Assembly (NCBI RefSeq): GCF_025273655.1 | Contig: NZ_CP045921.1 | Coordinates: forward strand, 810,001 to 842,000 | Length of the DNA stretch: 32,000 bases | Origin: Candidatus Saccharimonadota bacterium | GTDB lineage: Bacteria; Patescibacteriota; Saccharimonadia; Saccharimonadales; Saccharimonadaceae | Direction: 5' to 3' | Shown here: positions 1 to 8,755 of the stretch, piece after piece | How the letters are laid out: the number at the start of each line of letters is the position of its first letter | Position numbering within the stretch: the first letter of the stretch is position 1 | Program-made: the position numbers and the translations under genes | Notes under the pieces: generated by a model | Seen by the model: only the letters and a program-made list of their open reading frames with translations | Databases searched by the model: none | Told to the model about the DNA's origin: nothing

Positions 1-251
1 AAGATATCACTGTGTACTACTTCGAGGTTTTTGCCAGGGAACTGACCCGGGAGCTTGCGTGCTAAGTCCGGGTCAAACTCAACCGCTATCACCTGCTCTG
101 CCCTGCCGAGCAAGATAGAGGTGAGGGTACCGAGACCTGGACCGACTTCGAGCACTGTATCCTGCATGTTCACATTGGCTTCGTCAGCGATGTGATCAAG
201 CACGAAGCGGTCATGAAGCCAGTGCTGGCCAAGCGATTTTTTGGTCGGCAC
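1..251 (-). CDS. rsmA: 16S rRNA (adenine1518/1519-N6) dimethyltransferase RsmA/KsgA, N-terminal part (gene runs off window start)
   Basis: The minus-strand frame from GTG at 251 reads MPTKKSLGQHWLHDRFVLDHIADEANVNMQDTVLEVGPGLGTLTSILLGRAEQVIAVEFDPDLARKL. KKSLGQH(F/W)L and the VLE(V)GPGxGxLT SAM-binding motif are KsgA hallmarks. It is absent from the ORF track because it is truncated. Its start sits 2 nt after the upstream stop. Confidence 0.85.
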   Translation of the reverse strand, partial: MPTKKSLGQHWLHDRFVLDHIADEANVNMQDTVLEVGPGLGTLTSILLGRAEQVIAVEFDPDLARKLPGQFPGKNLEVVHSDI

Positions 252-252
252 G

Positions 253-1473
253 CTAGCGTCCGTCCCCGTTTGTCCAGTCGGTCGCGAGATCAAATCCGTG
301 CGGATGCACCGCAGCGAAGCCACCAGTATCGTAGACTTTACCCGGCCCCATACTTGTCTCGACGACAGAGCAACGTGGGTAGTTGGACAGATTGGCTGCG
401 ATAAGAATGTAGCCGTCTTTATCTACCTTGGCACCGTCGGCGCGGATGGTATAGTCACCGCCGCCACAGGCACCCATGGTCACGTTCATTGGGAGGTCGT
501 AGTAGGTCTCACGGTGTGTCACACCCTTGCTATCGGTAAACTGCTGGGCGCCCTTGGATTTGGTGAGCGGATTGGCGCCTTTGCTGCCAATCACTTCTAC
601 CTGCTCTTTTGGCTCGGTGAGTGTGACACTCTGGATGACCTTGCGACTCACCTCTCGCCCACCTTCACGGACGATTTCGTAGACCACGCTCTTTTTGCCC
701 GTTGCACCCGGCGTTTGCACGGCACGATAGCTAGTCGGTTGGTCGGCATCGAGAATTTGGCGTGTCGCAAACGACACCTCTTCTTCGACCGTAGTCGTCT
801 GGAGACCTTCTCGCCAGATCTCGATTGTCATGCCCGAAGTAACAAGTGTCGACTGTGGTACAGACACACTGTCTGTTGCGGTAAGTTTAACGCCTTTTTC
901 CGTGAGCAGCTCACCCACAGTAGCAGCATGTGTGTAAATCTGGCTCGGCGCACCATAGAGCGAGAGCGTCACTGGTACTGCGCGATCGATGATAAGCTTA
1001 CTCCCCACTCCATCACTCAGCACGTCTTCCGACTGAGAAAGCATCAGGTTGTCTTCGTCGCGCACAGCTATGCCAGCATCTCTGGCAATATCGCTCGGTG
1101 CACTTGCCGGAGTGAGTACTTGCTCGCGCTTCATACCATCTACTACCATGACAGGACGCGCTCGGTAGATATTGACCGTGTAGTTCTGAGCTGCATAGAC
1201 AGTGTCAGCGGCAGGCTCCACACGGTCGTGGGTAGCGAGTGGAATTTCGGCTTGCCTCAGCGTATCGGCTACTGTTTGAGCTCGCGTGAGTACGACACGC
1301 TTTTGCCCCTGATCATAAATGGTGATGGCGTGTTGCTTGTCGCTCCGCGAGCTACTAGGCGACGCGGCAAATACAGTGCCGGTTGCGCCAACTGTCAGCA
1401 ACGCAAAAAGCGCCACGAACAAGCCAATTCGTGGCCGCATGAGTGACATTACACACATAGTTAGTAATTTCAT
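253..1473 (-). CDS. Secreted cell-wall hydrolase, DUF348 repeats + G5 domain + C-terminal 3D (YabE/YocH/RlpA-like) domain
   Basis: The 406-aa ORF has an N-terminal signal/anchor (RIGLFVALFALLTVGATG). It shares about 70% identity with the neighbouring paralog over the DUF348/G5 part (ITIYDQGQKRVVLT, YTVNIYRARPVM, G5-like KKSVVYEIVREGGREVSRKVIQSVTLTEPKEQVEVIGSK). The C-terminus (YYDLP..GACGGG..IRADGAKVDKDGYILIAAN..VVETSMGPGKVYDTGG) resembles the 3D domain. The exact start among several Met codons is uncertain. Confidence 0.8.
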   Translation of the reverse strand: MKLLTMCVMSLMRPRIGLFVALFALLTVGATGTVFAASPSSSRSDKQHAITIYDQGQKRVVLTRAQTVADTLRQAEIPLATHDRVEPAADTVYAAQNYTVNIYRARPVMVVDGMKREQVLTPASAPSDIARDAGIAVRDEDNLMLSQSEDVLSDGVGSKLIIDRAVPVTLSLYGAPSQIYTHAATVGELLTEKGVKLTATDSVSVPQSTLVTSGMTIEIWREGLQTTTVEEEVSFATRQILDADQPTSYRAVQTPGATGKKSVVYEIVREGGREVSRKVIQSVTLTEPKEQVEVIGSKGANPLTKSKGAQQFTDSKGVTHRETYYDLPMNVTMGACGGGDYTIRADGAKVDKDGYILIAANLSNYPRCSVVETSMGPGKVYDTGGFAAVHPHGFDLATDWTNGDGR

Positions 1474-1554
1474 AAGAGGTGGCGATGCTTCGTACTCTCA
1501 CAAAAGCTATCTATACCATCATACCACATATGGAGCAATAATGCAAGTATAGCA

Positions 1555-2715
1555 CTAGCGGTATATGTCTTGCAGACCAAGTTTGCGCGAGCATGACGGC
1601 CACGGCGACCAGCCGCGTGATTTATACGTCTGCCAGGCTTTTTCGTCTTGGACTGCCGGTGGTGCCAGCGAGGCGTTGGCATAGCCACCGAAGTTTGCCC
1701 AGGTGCTGATGTCGTACTGATATGCACCGTAATAGCCGTTGCCCGTATTGGAGGTATAGCTTCCCTCACACGAACGTAGCTGTGACAATGCACCGGCAAA
1801 GCCACCATTGGCCGTACTATCAATCTTGGCGCCGACCACTACTACTTCCTTCTGCGGTTGCTGGGTCACAACGCTCTGAATTTCTTTGCGTGCAACTTCT
1901 TGACCGTTTTTCATTGTCACTTCGTAGGTGACGGTTTTTTTACCTTTTACGCCAGGCGTACGCACTTGCTTGTAACCCACAGGTTGATCACCGTCCTGAA
2001 TCTGCTCAGTGCCGAACTCCACATCTTGATCCTCATTAACTGTCTGAACACCGTTACGCCAAATTTCGACCGTCATACCCTCGGAGATCGCAGTTTCCTG
2101 CGCCACAGAGACTGTATCATCCGTCGCCAATGTGACAGATTTCTCCTTTAGCAAGTCGGCAACGGTAGCAGTATGTGTGTAGACAGTAGTACGTTTGCCA
2201 TAGAGCACAAGATTGGCGGTGGTCGCTCGGTCGACGAGCAGTTTACTTCCCACGCCATCGGCCAACACGTCCTCGGACTGGGTAAGCGTCAATTTATCTT
2301 CGTCATGGAGCGCTAGGCCAGCATGCTTGGCAATATCACGAGGCGAACTATACGGCGACAATACTTGCTCGCGCTTCATACCGTCGACAATCATGACAGG
2401 GCGTGCTCGGTAGATATTGACCGTATACTGCTGTGCAGCATATTCGGTATCGAGTGACGGCTCAACCTTGTCGTGATCGGACAGCGTGACATCGGCTTGC
2501 TTGAGTGTGTCGCGCACCGTGTGAGATTTGGTAAGCACTACTCGCTTCTGCCCTTGGTCATAGATAGTGATAACATGCTGACCACGAGGCACTGGCTTGT
2601 CACTTGCCGCACCGACGCTATGCGTCAGACCGATCATAGCAGCCAAAAGTACGACAGCAATACACGCTACGCGCAGCGTCACCAGACGATGGTAATACTC
2701 TGTACTGATTTTCAT
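1555..2715 (-). CDS. RpfB-like resuscitation-promoting-factor protein (DUF348 repeats + G5 + Rpf transglycosylase-like domain)
   Basis: The 386-aa ORF has an ATG start and a signal/anchor (VACIAVVLLAAMIGL). It has the same DUF348/G5 core as 253..1473. The C-terminus (LRSCEGSYTSNTGNGYYGAYQYDISTWANFGG...EKAWQTYKSRGWSPWPSC) matches the Rpf lysozyme-like signature (CE(S)GG..NTGNGYYGGLQF..TW..GG...WPxC). Confidence 0.85.
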   Translation of the reverse strand: MKISTEYYHRLVTLRVACIAVVLLAAMIGLTHSVGAASDKPVPRGQHVITIYDQGQKRVVLTKSHTVRDTLKQADVTLSDHDKVEPSLDTEYAAQQYTVNIYRARPVMIVDGMKREQVLSPYSSPRDIAKHAGLALHDEDKLTLTQSEDVLADGVGSKLLVDRATTANLVLYGKRTTVYTHTATVADLLKEKSVTLATDDTVSVAQETAISEGMTVEIWRNGVQTVNEDQDVEFGTEQIQDGDQPVGYKQVRTPGVKGKKTVTYEVTMKNGQEVARKEIQSVVTQQPQKEVVVVGAKIDSTANGGFAGALSQLRSCEGSYTSNTGNGYYGAYQYDISTWANFGGYANASLAPPAVQDEKAWQTYKSRGWSPWPSCSRKLGLQDIYR

Positions 2716-2758
2716 AAATCTCTAGGCGTTCGTCGCTCTGCTACACGAGCAAAGTTAC

Positions 2759-3244
2759 TCATTTTATTGTAGCAAGTTCATCACGCGCCGACAACAGTCC
2801 GAGCGCACCATGCACCACGGGCTGAATTGGCGTCGGCAGCCTGTCTAGGTCACACCAACGGTACGCATAAATCTCAAACTTATCCGCACGCACCAGAAGT
2901 AACTCTTCGGCACGAAGCCGCACGAGGACAATAGGCGCCCGGTAGCTACCCGACGGTAATTCACCTAGCGATATGACGCGATCTGCGCCAATCTCCAGAT
3001 CCAGCTCTTCGGCTAACTCCCGTAGCGCTGCCACCTCCGGCGTCTCATGGCGTTTCATGCCGCCGCCAGGCAGTGTCCAACGACGATCGCCAAGTGAATT
3101 CATAACAAGCAGGATTTGCCCCTCGGGGGCAATCACAAGCGCCCTGGCACGCTTAGCTCGTGTAATATTGTTGAGCAGGTAGAATACAGTCAGCGCCAGA
3201 GGACCAATTAGCTTCATCATGAAGTAATAGCTGCGCCACATCAC
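2759..3244 (-). CDS. Nudix hydrolase
   Basis: The Nudix box GGGMKRHETPEVAALRELAEELDLE fits Gx5Ex7REUxEExGU. The start (GTG 3244 or ATG 3241) overlaps the pcrA stop (GTGATG), implying translational coupling. The N-terminus is unusually hydrophobic (LIGPLALTVFYLL). Confidence 0.8.
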   Translation of the reverse strand: MMWRSYYFMMKLIGPLALTVFYLLNNITRAKRARALVIAPEGQILLVMNSLGDRRWTLPGGGMKRHETPEVAALRELAEELDLEIGADRVISLGELPSGSYRAPIVLVRLRAEELLLVRADKFEIYAYRWCDLDRLPTPIQPVVHGALGLLSARDELATIK

Positions 3245-5349
3245 AGTTTCTCGAGGCGAGCGTATTCGATATTGAGCTTTTTGATCGAGCCGTTATCGAA
3301 CTCAATCGTCACCGCCATACCATCCACATCTACTACTGTTCCTGCGCCAAACTGCGCAGATTTAACACGTTCACCACTGCCGAGCATTTCGTCGGAGTAG
3401 AAATCGTCGAAATGCGACGCCTCGGCACGCATCGGCTCACGACCGCCAGCTAGGCCATCGATCTCCTTTAGGAAGCGTGATGGTTCATTGTAGCTCGTCT
3501 GCTGAAACGTACGGCGACTCGAGGCATAGCTAAGCCATAGCTCCTCACGGGCACGCGTCATACCGACATAGCAAAGACGGCGTTCTTCTTCGATGTCGTC
3601 CGGCGTGCCATCGAACACTCGCGCATGCGGCAGTACACCCTCTTCCATACCCACCATATGTACCACTGGGAATTCGAGGCCTTTGGCAGCGTGCAGTGTC
3701 ATCAACGTGACCTGTCCCTTTTCGTTTGCCTTATCGGTACTCGACATGAGCGCCACCTCTTCCAGAAATGTCTGGACATCGGCATATGTAGCGGCTTCGG
3801 CTACCAGCGAAGCGATGTTTTCGATGCGCTCATCGGCTTTGGGTGTGCCATCGTCAAGATGTGTACGATAGTGCGAGACATCGTAGATGTATTCGATTAC
3901 ATCACCCGGCGGTGTGTTGTCGGCTAGTTTCACCTGGATGATCCGGAACATGTCGCCAAGACTCACGAGAGCTGTGCGTGCCCTACCCGTAACGCTACTC
4001 GACTGCTCCGCGTTTGTCATGGCAGCTATAATATCCATGCCACTCGCGCGCTGCCATGTCAGGAACTTCTCGACACTCACCGTGCCAATACCGCGTGCCG
4101 GTGTATTAACGATGCGCAGAAAGCTGGCGACATCGCTCGGTTGATATGCGAGGCGCAAATACGCCAAAATATCTTTTACTTCGGCGCGGTCGAGAAAGCG
4201 CATACCGCCAATAATCTGCACTGGCATAAACCGCTGCCGGAATGCCCGCTCCAGGGCAAAGCTCTGGGCGTTGGTGCGATATAGTACTGCGAAATCGTCG
4301 TATTCACGCCCGCCCATTCGCACCTGCACGTCGACATGATCTGCCACGGCGGCGGCCTCTTCGTCTTCACTGTAGTACGCTTGCAGCTGCAACGCTGAAC
4401 CTTGCTTACTGTCAGTCCAAAGCATTTTTTCGGTACGGTTTTTGTTGTGTGCGATGACTTGCTGCGCCGCATCGAGAATCGCCTGGGTACTGCGATAATT
4501 TTGCTCGAGCTTCACAACTTCAGCCCCTGGAAAATCTCGTTCAAAATTAAGGATATTGGTAAAATCAGCGCCCCGCCAACTATAGATCGACTGCCAATCA
4601 TCACCTACTACACAGATGTTACGATCCGTATTGACAAGTAGTTTGACAATCGCGTACTGAGCGGCATTGGTATCCTGATACTCATCGATGAGGATATGAC
4701 GAAAGCGCTGTTGCCATTTCTGACGCACTTCTGGCACATCGCGCAGCAAGCGCACAACCTCTATGAGTAAGTCATCGAAGTCCAGCGCGCCACTTGCCCG
4801 TCGTTGCTTCTCATATTCCGCGTACACCTCGGCAATCATCTGCTGGTACGGGTATTTGGCGTTAGCCAACATCGTCTCTGGGTCATTCAGTTTATTTTTC
4901 TCTGTAGAGATGATCGAGCTGGCAGCATTTGCTTTGAGCTGTTTGTCGGTCACACCCAGTGTCTTCATAGCCTGTTTGATGACGCTGCGACGATCGTCTT
5001 CATCATAAATCACAAAGTTGGACTGAATACCAATGTGTGTGCCGTCCATGCGAAGTAGGCGTACACAAATACTATGGAACGTCCCCATCCAAGGCATAAA
5101 ATCACGTTTGGCAGCGTCTTGTTGTAAGATGTCAGCTAGACGAAAGCGCATTTCACGTGCCGCTTTGTTAGTAAACGTCACAGCCAGAATTTCGTTCGGC
5201 CAGACACCCTGCTCAGCGATAAGATAGGCAATACGGTGGGTGAGTGCTTTGGTCTTGCCGCTGCCCGCCCCTGCCAGTATGAGCACCGGCCCGTCTGTAG
5301 TCTGCACCGCCCTAGCTTGCGGCTCGTTGAGTCCCTCGAGAATATTCAT
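3241..5349 (-). CDS. pcrA: ATP-dependent DNA helicase PcrA/UvrD (SF1)
   Basis: The 702-aa ORF has Walker A AGAGSGKTKALTHR, motif II ILIDEYQDTN, VGDDWQSIYSWRGA, LEQNYRST, MTLHAAKGLEFPVV and YVGMTRAREEL. It also has the short C-terminal Tudor-like tail typical of PcrA/UvrD. Confidence 0.92.
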   Translation of the reverse strand: MNILEGLNEPQARAVQTTDGPVLILAGAGSGKTKALTHRIAYLIAEQGVWPNEILAVTFTNKAAREMRFRLADILQQDAAKRDFMPWMGTFHSICVRLLRMDGTHIGIQSNFVIYDEDDRRSVIKQAMKTLGVTDKQLKANAASSIISTEKNKLNDPETMLANAKYPYQQMIAEVYAEYEKQRRASGALDFDDLLIEVVRLLRDVPEVRQKWQQRFRHILIDEYQDTNAAQYAIVKLLVNTDRNICVVGDDWQSIYSWRGADFTNILNFERDFPGAEVVKLEQNYRSTQAILDAAQQVIAHNKNRTEKMLWTDSKQGSALQLQAYYSEDEEAAAVADHVDVQVRMGGREYDDFAVLYRTNAQSFALERAFRQRFMPVQIIGGMRFLDRAEVKDILAYLRLAYQPSDVASFLRIVNTPARGIGTVSVEKFLTWQRASGMDIIAAMTNAEQSSSVTGRARTALVSLGDMFRIIQVKLADNTPPGDVIEYIYDVSHYRTHLDDGTPKADERIENIASLVAEAATYADVQTFLEEVALMSSTDKANEKGQVTLMTLHAAKGLEFPVVHMVGMEEGVLPHARVFDGTPDDIEEERRLCYVGMTRAREELWLSYASSRRTFQQTSYNEPSRFLKEIDGLAGGREPMRAEASHFDDFYSDEMLGSGERVKSAQFGAGTVVDVDGMAVTIEFDNGSIKKLNIEYARLEKL

Positions 5350-5373
5350 TGTATCTAGTATATACTATCGTGA

Positions 5374-6663
5374 CTACAGAGCGACAGGGAGTAAGCCGCC
5401 AAACCATGCCGCTACCGCGCCGCCAACCGCCAGCAAGATAATGATGATGATCGCGATAATCCATCCCCAGCCAGATGATTTCTTGGCAGGGTGCTCAATA
5501 GGCTGCTGGTAAGTCTGAGGGTCGAAGATAGCACCAGATTCATCATCTTCGGATGCAGTACGAGGCTGCTCTTTGTATTGGCGGGCGATGGAAGCCGGAC
5601 CGGCTGGTACCTTGTTGGTAGCCATGGCTTTGTCCCCTCCAGCCTCGTTATTTTTCGATTCAGATGCAGGAGCGCCAGATTCGATGGCAAGCAGATCGCT
5701 CGCAAGTTCCTCTGGGATGGGAGTATTTTCTGGCTCGGGCGCAGGAGCTACCGGCTCTTCTGCAGGCTGTTCGACAGATGAGGTTGTAGTACTGACAGGC
5801 TCAGATACCTCGGACTCGGCCACGTCAGACAAGCCGCCCAGCGGTCGCTTCTCTACCTTGGCATCACTGAGAAACGGTGAAACGGCAGGCGCAGAAGTCT
5901 CGACCGGTGCAGCGCCCAACTCAGCTGCGATTGCCTCGACAGAATCATCACCTGTAGGGGCGTCACCGACAGACGGCGCTTCTTCGGGCACCGAGTCTAG
6001 TGCGGTAGCTTCGGCCTCTGGCGCAGTCTCCAGCCCAGTCTCGCCTGCAGGGGCGTTACCTACCACAGGATCATGACCTTCACTGACAAATAGCTCGTTG
6101 ATTGCCGCCTCGAGGCTCGTATTCGTCTCCGGGCTCGCCTCGACATTTAGCGTATCAGGTGTCTGCTCTGGAGCTACTTCTACCGAGGTGTCGTCACTCG
6201 CAGATGCAGGTGTAGCAACAGCCGACGGCCTGGAAGTCGAGGTGCCCGTACTTTGGCCAGGCCGCACCACATCCATAAAGCGCCCTTCTCGGTGCGGAAT
6301 ACGACGAGTGGCGGGTGGCGAGGGCGCTACAGGAGTAGCCACCACTGGCTCTGCTGTGGCAGCTACTGACACTTCTGGCGCTAGAGTTGGCGTAACTGTG
6401 TTGTCATCCGCAGGCATAACACTTTTGCGCTGCAAGGTGCTTCGTGAGGCATTTGCGACACTCGGCATAATACGTGAGTGCACGGCATGAGCAGAAATAC
6501 TTGGCGATGACTCGGTAGTCTGTGGCTCTGAGACCGGAGATGACACTACGTCCACAGGAGTAAGAGGCTCAGCAGTAGGGGTCGTGCCAGCATCGGCAGG
6601 CGTGTCGCTACTCAGTGCAGATGCAACCGCACGATCCAGCTCATCAAAATCAAGATCTTTCAT
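5374..6663 (-). CDS. Hypothetical acidic Pro/Ala/Glu/Ser/Thr-rich, C-terminally membrane-anchored protein
   Basis: The 429-aa ORF has an ATG start 15 nt after the tpiA stop. It is low-complexity throughout, with a single C-terminal hydrophobic helix (WGWIIAIIIIILLAVGGAVAAWFGGLLPVAL). It is the only long frame consistent with the flanking operon strand. No family was recognised. Confidence 0.6.
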   Translation of the reverse strand: MKDLDFDELDRAVASALSSDTPADAGTTPTAEPLTPVDVVSSPVSEPQTTESSPSISAHAVHSRIMPSVANASRSTLQRKSVMPADDNTVTPTLAPEVSVAATAEPVVATPVAPSPPATRRIPHREGRFMDVVRPGQSTGTSTSRPSAVATPASASDDTSVEVAPEQTPDTLNVEASPETNTSLEAAINELFVSEGHDPVVGNAPAGETGLETAPEAEATALDSVPEEAPSVGDAPTGDDSVEAIAAELGAAPVETSAPAVSPFLSDAKVEKRPLGGLSDVAESEVSEPVSTTTSSVEQPAEEPVAPAPEPENTPIPEELASDLLAIESGAPASESKNNEAGGDKAMATNKVPAGPASIARQYKEQPRTASEDDESGAIFDPQTYQQPIEHPAKKSSGWGWIIAIIIIILLAVGGAVAAWFGGLLPVAL

Positions 6664-6678
6664 ACGCTAGCCCGACCT

Positions 6679-7449
6679 TTACTGCACTACCACGTGTGCT
6701 TTTTTGATAATTTCACTAAATTCATGTAACTTCAGACTCGCACCACCGACGAGCAATCCATCGATACCCTTGATACGCAGGTAGTCGCTGGCGCTATCGG
6801 CCGTGACACTCCCGCCGTACAGTATACGCACTGCTGCGGCTTTCTCTTTGCCAAACAAATGCGCAATCTGGCTCCGAATCGTGAGTACAGCCGCCTCGAC
6901 ATCGTGTGGCGACGCATTACGACCAGTGCCGATTGCCCAGACTGGCTCGTAGGCTATCACTATATCGTTAATTTCTTCGCTGGTGATATTTGCGAGACCT
7001 CCCACGAGCTGATCGTGCAGTACATCGCGCATTTCACCGCTGGCACGCTCGTGCTCCGTCTCCCCAATACAGAGTACTGGTGTAATCTGGTTGCGCAGTG
7101 CGGCCTGGACTTTTTCCCGGCTGTCTTTAATCTTCTCACCGAAGACATGGCGACGCTCGCTGTGCCCCACCAAACCATAATTCACCAGTCCACGTAGCTG
7201 CGTGGCCGACACCTCACCTGTGAAAGCCCCAAAATCACGCCAGTAGAAATTTTGCGCCGCTAGCTTCATCTTGTGACGGTTTACCTGAAGGCTCAGCGGC
7301 TGAACTGCAAGTGCTGTCGGAGCGACAACCACTTCGACATCGCGATGCCCCTGAATAGCTACGTCGAGTTTATGCAAATACACGCTCGCGTCGTGTACGC
7401 CTAGGTTCATCTTCCAATTCCCGATAATGAGCTTCTTGTGTCCGGCCAT
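6679..7449 (-). CDS. tpiA: Triosephosphate isomerase
   Basis: The 256-aa ORF has NWKMN, the GHSERR catalytic His, AYEPVWAIGTG (catalytic Glu) and the YGGSV phosphate loop. Confidence 0.95.
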   Translation of the reverse strand: MAGHKKLIIGNWKMNLGVHDASVYLHKLDVAIQGHRDVEVVVAPTALAVQPLSLQVNRHKMKLAAQNFYWRDFGAFTGEVSATQLRGLVNYGLVGHSERRHVFGEKIKDSREKVQAALRNQITPVLCIGETEHERASGEMRDVLHDQLVGGLANITSEEINDIVIAYEPVWAIGTGRNASPHDVEAAVLTIRSQIAHLFGKEKAAAVRILYGGSVTADSASDYLRIKGIDGLLVGGASLKLHEFSEIIKKAHVVVQ

Positions 7450-7489
7450 CGTTTCTAATCGCTTATGCTTATGTTGTATTTAGTGTACC

Positions 7490-8716
7490 TTATTTCTTCG
7501 CCTCGAGCAACGCTTCGACACCTGGCAATTTGTTGCCCGCCATGAGGTCAAGACTGGCACCGCCACCAGTAGAGACGTGCGTGAAGCTTCTGCCGCCGTT
7601 ACCGTCCCACTTGAGTGCAAAATCGGCCGTATCGCCTCCCCCAACAATCGATGTCATGCCAGGGGTGGTGGCAAGCGTCATAGCCACGCGGGCTGAGCCA
7701 TGGGCGAACTCCGGTAATTCGGCGAGTCCCATCGTGCCATTCCAGACGACAGTTTTGGCGTGCGCAAGCTCGTGACTAAATCGCTCAATTGTGAGATCGC
7801 CGATGTCAGCCGCGATATCGTCCACGCCAATAGCATCGACTTTCGCATTGCGGCGTGAGGCTTCTGGTGATATCTCGCCTGCTACTGCTACATCGACGGG
7901 CAACATGATGAAGTCGTCCACTCCCGCCTCGCCTACTTTTGCACGAGCTGCCTCGTAGATCGCATCAAGCGTCTCTTGCTGATCTGTCTCTGCTTTACTT
8001 TTACCGATATCGTAGCCTTTGTAGGCAAGAAATGTATTAGCCATGGCACCACCGATAAGGATCTTATCGGCCACGTGTACAAATGCCTCTATCACCTTGA
8101 TCTTGTCGCTTACTTTTGCCCCGCCCATCACGGCATAGAGTGGTCGCTCGGGGTCTTCCATGGCATGCGAGATAGTGGTGACTTCGCGCTCGAGCAATAA
8201 TCCGGCCACACTTGGCAGAAAATGCGTAATTGCCTCCGTACTCGCATGTGCGCGATGGACTACGCCAAAACCATCCTGTACGAAGTAGCGTGCGAGTGAG
8301 CTTTTAGCGATTTTGCCGGCAAACGTACTGTCATTGGCCTCTTCTTCGGCATGAAACCGCACATTCTCGAGTAGGAGCACGTCGCCAGACTTGGCTGCTT
8401 TGACAGCTTGAGTAACTTTGTCGCCGTAACATGCATCGACGAATCGCACCTCGACTCCGAGCAACTCACTTAGCCGCTCTGCCACTGGTGCGAGACTAAA
8501 CTCCAGCTTAGTATCGCCGTCCGGCCGCCCGAGATGGCTCATCACCACTACCTTGCAACTTTGTTCGCGCAAATATTGCAGCGTCGGAACACTGGCTCGA
8601 ATGCGCAGATCGTCACTAATCTTGCCGCCCATTAGTGGCACATTATAGTCTGCGCGCACCAGTACGACTTTGTCGTGCACTGGCACGTCACGAATTGTCA
8701 GTTTAGCAAAACTCAT
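7490..8716 (-). CDS. pgk: Phosphoglycerate kinase
   Basis: The 408-aa ORF has RADYNVP, SHLGRP, GGAKVSDK, WNGTMG and STGGGASL motifs. Confidence 0.95.
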   Translation of the reverse strand: MSFAKLTIRDVPVHDKVVLVRADYNVPLMGGKISDDLRIRASVPTLQYLREQSCKVVVMSHLGRPDGDTKLEFSLAPVAERLSELLGVEVRFVDACYGDKVTQAVKAAKSGDVLLLENVRFHAEEEANDSTFAGKIAKSSLARYFVQDGFGVVHRAHASTEAITHFLPSVAGLLLEREVTTISHAMEDPERPLYAVMGGAKVSDKIKVIEAFVHVADKILIGGAMANTFLAYKGYDIGKSKAETDQQETLDAIYEAARAKVGEAGVDDFIMLPVDVAVAGEISPEASRRNAKVDAIGVDDIAADIGDLTIERFSHELAHAKTVVWNGTMGLAELPEFAHGSARVAMTLATTPGMTSIVGGGDTADFALKWDGNGGRSFTHVSTGGGASLDLMAGNKLPGVEALLEAKK

Positions 8717-8755
8717 AGCCCACCCTTTTATGTTTATGCTTGAATTATACTCTAT

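Noticed and set aside
241-1446. A 401-aa + strand ORF covering almost the whole first wall-hydrolase gene.
   Set aside because: It is antisense to a gene with clear DUF348/G5/3D homology and a close paralog next door. Its translation is Cys/Arg/His-rich with no recognisable motif, start context or RBS.
2759-5349. The UvrD-like helicase and translationally coupled Nudix gene considered as a possible anti-phage defence pair.
   Set aside because: The helicase has the full canonical PcrA/UvrD motif set and C-terminal tail, with no nuclease or extra domains. It sits in a conserved housekeeping string (tpiA, rsmA). A housekeeping repair helicase is the simpler reading.
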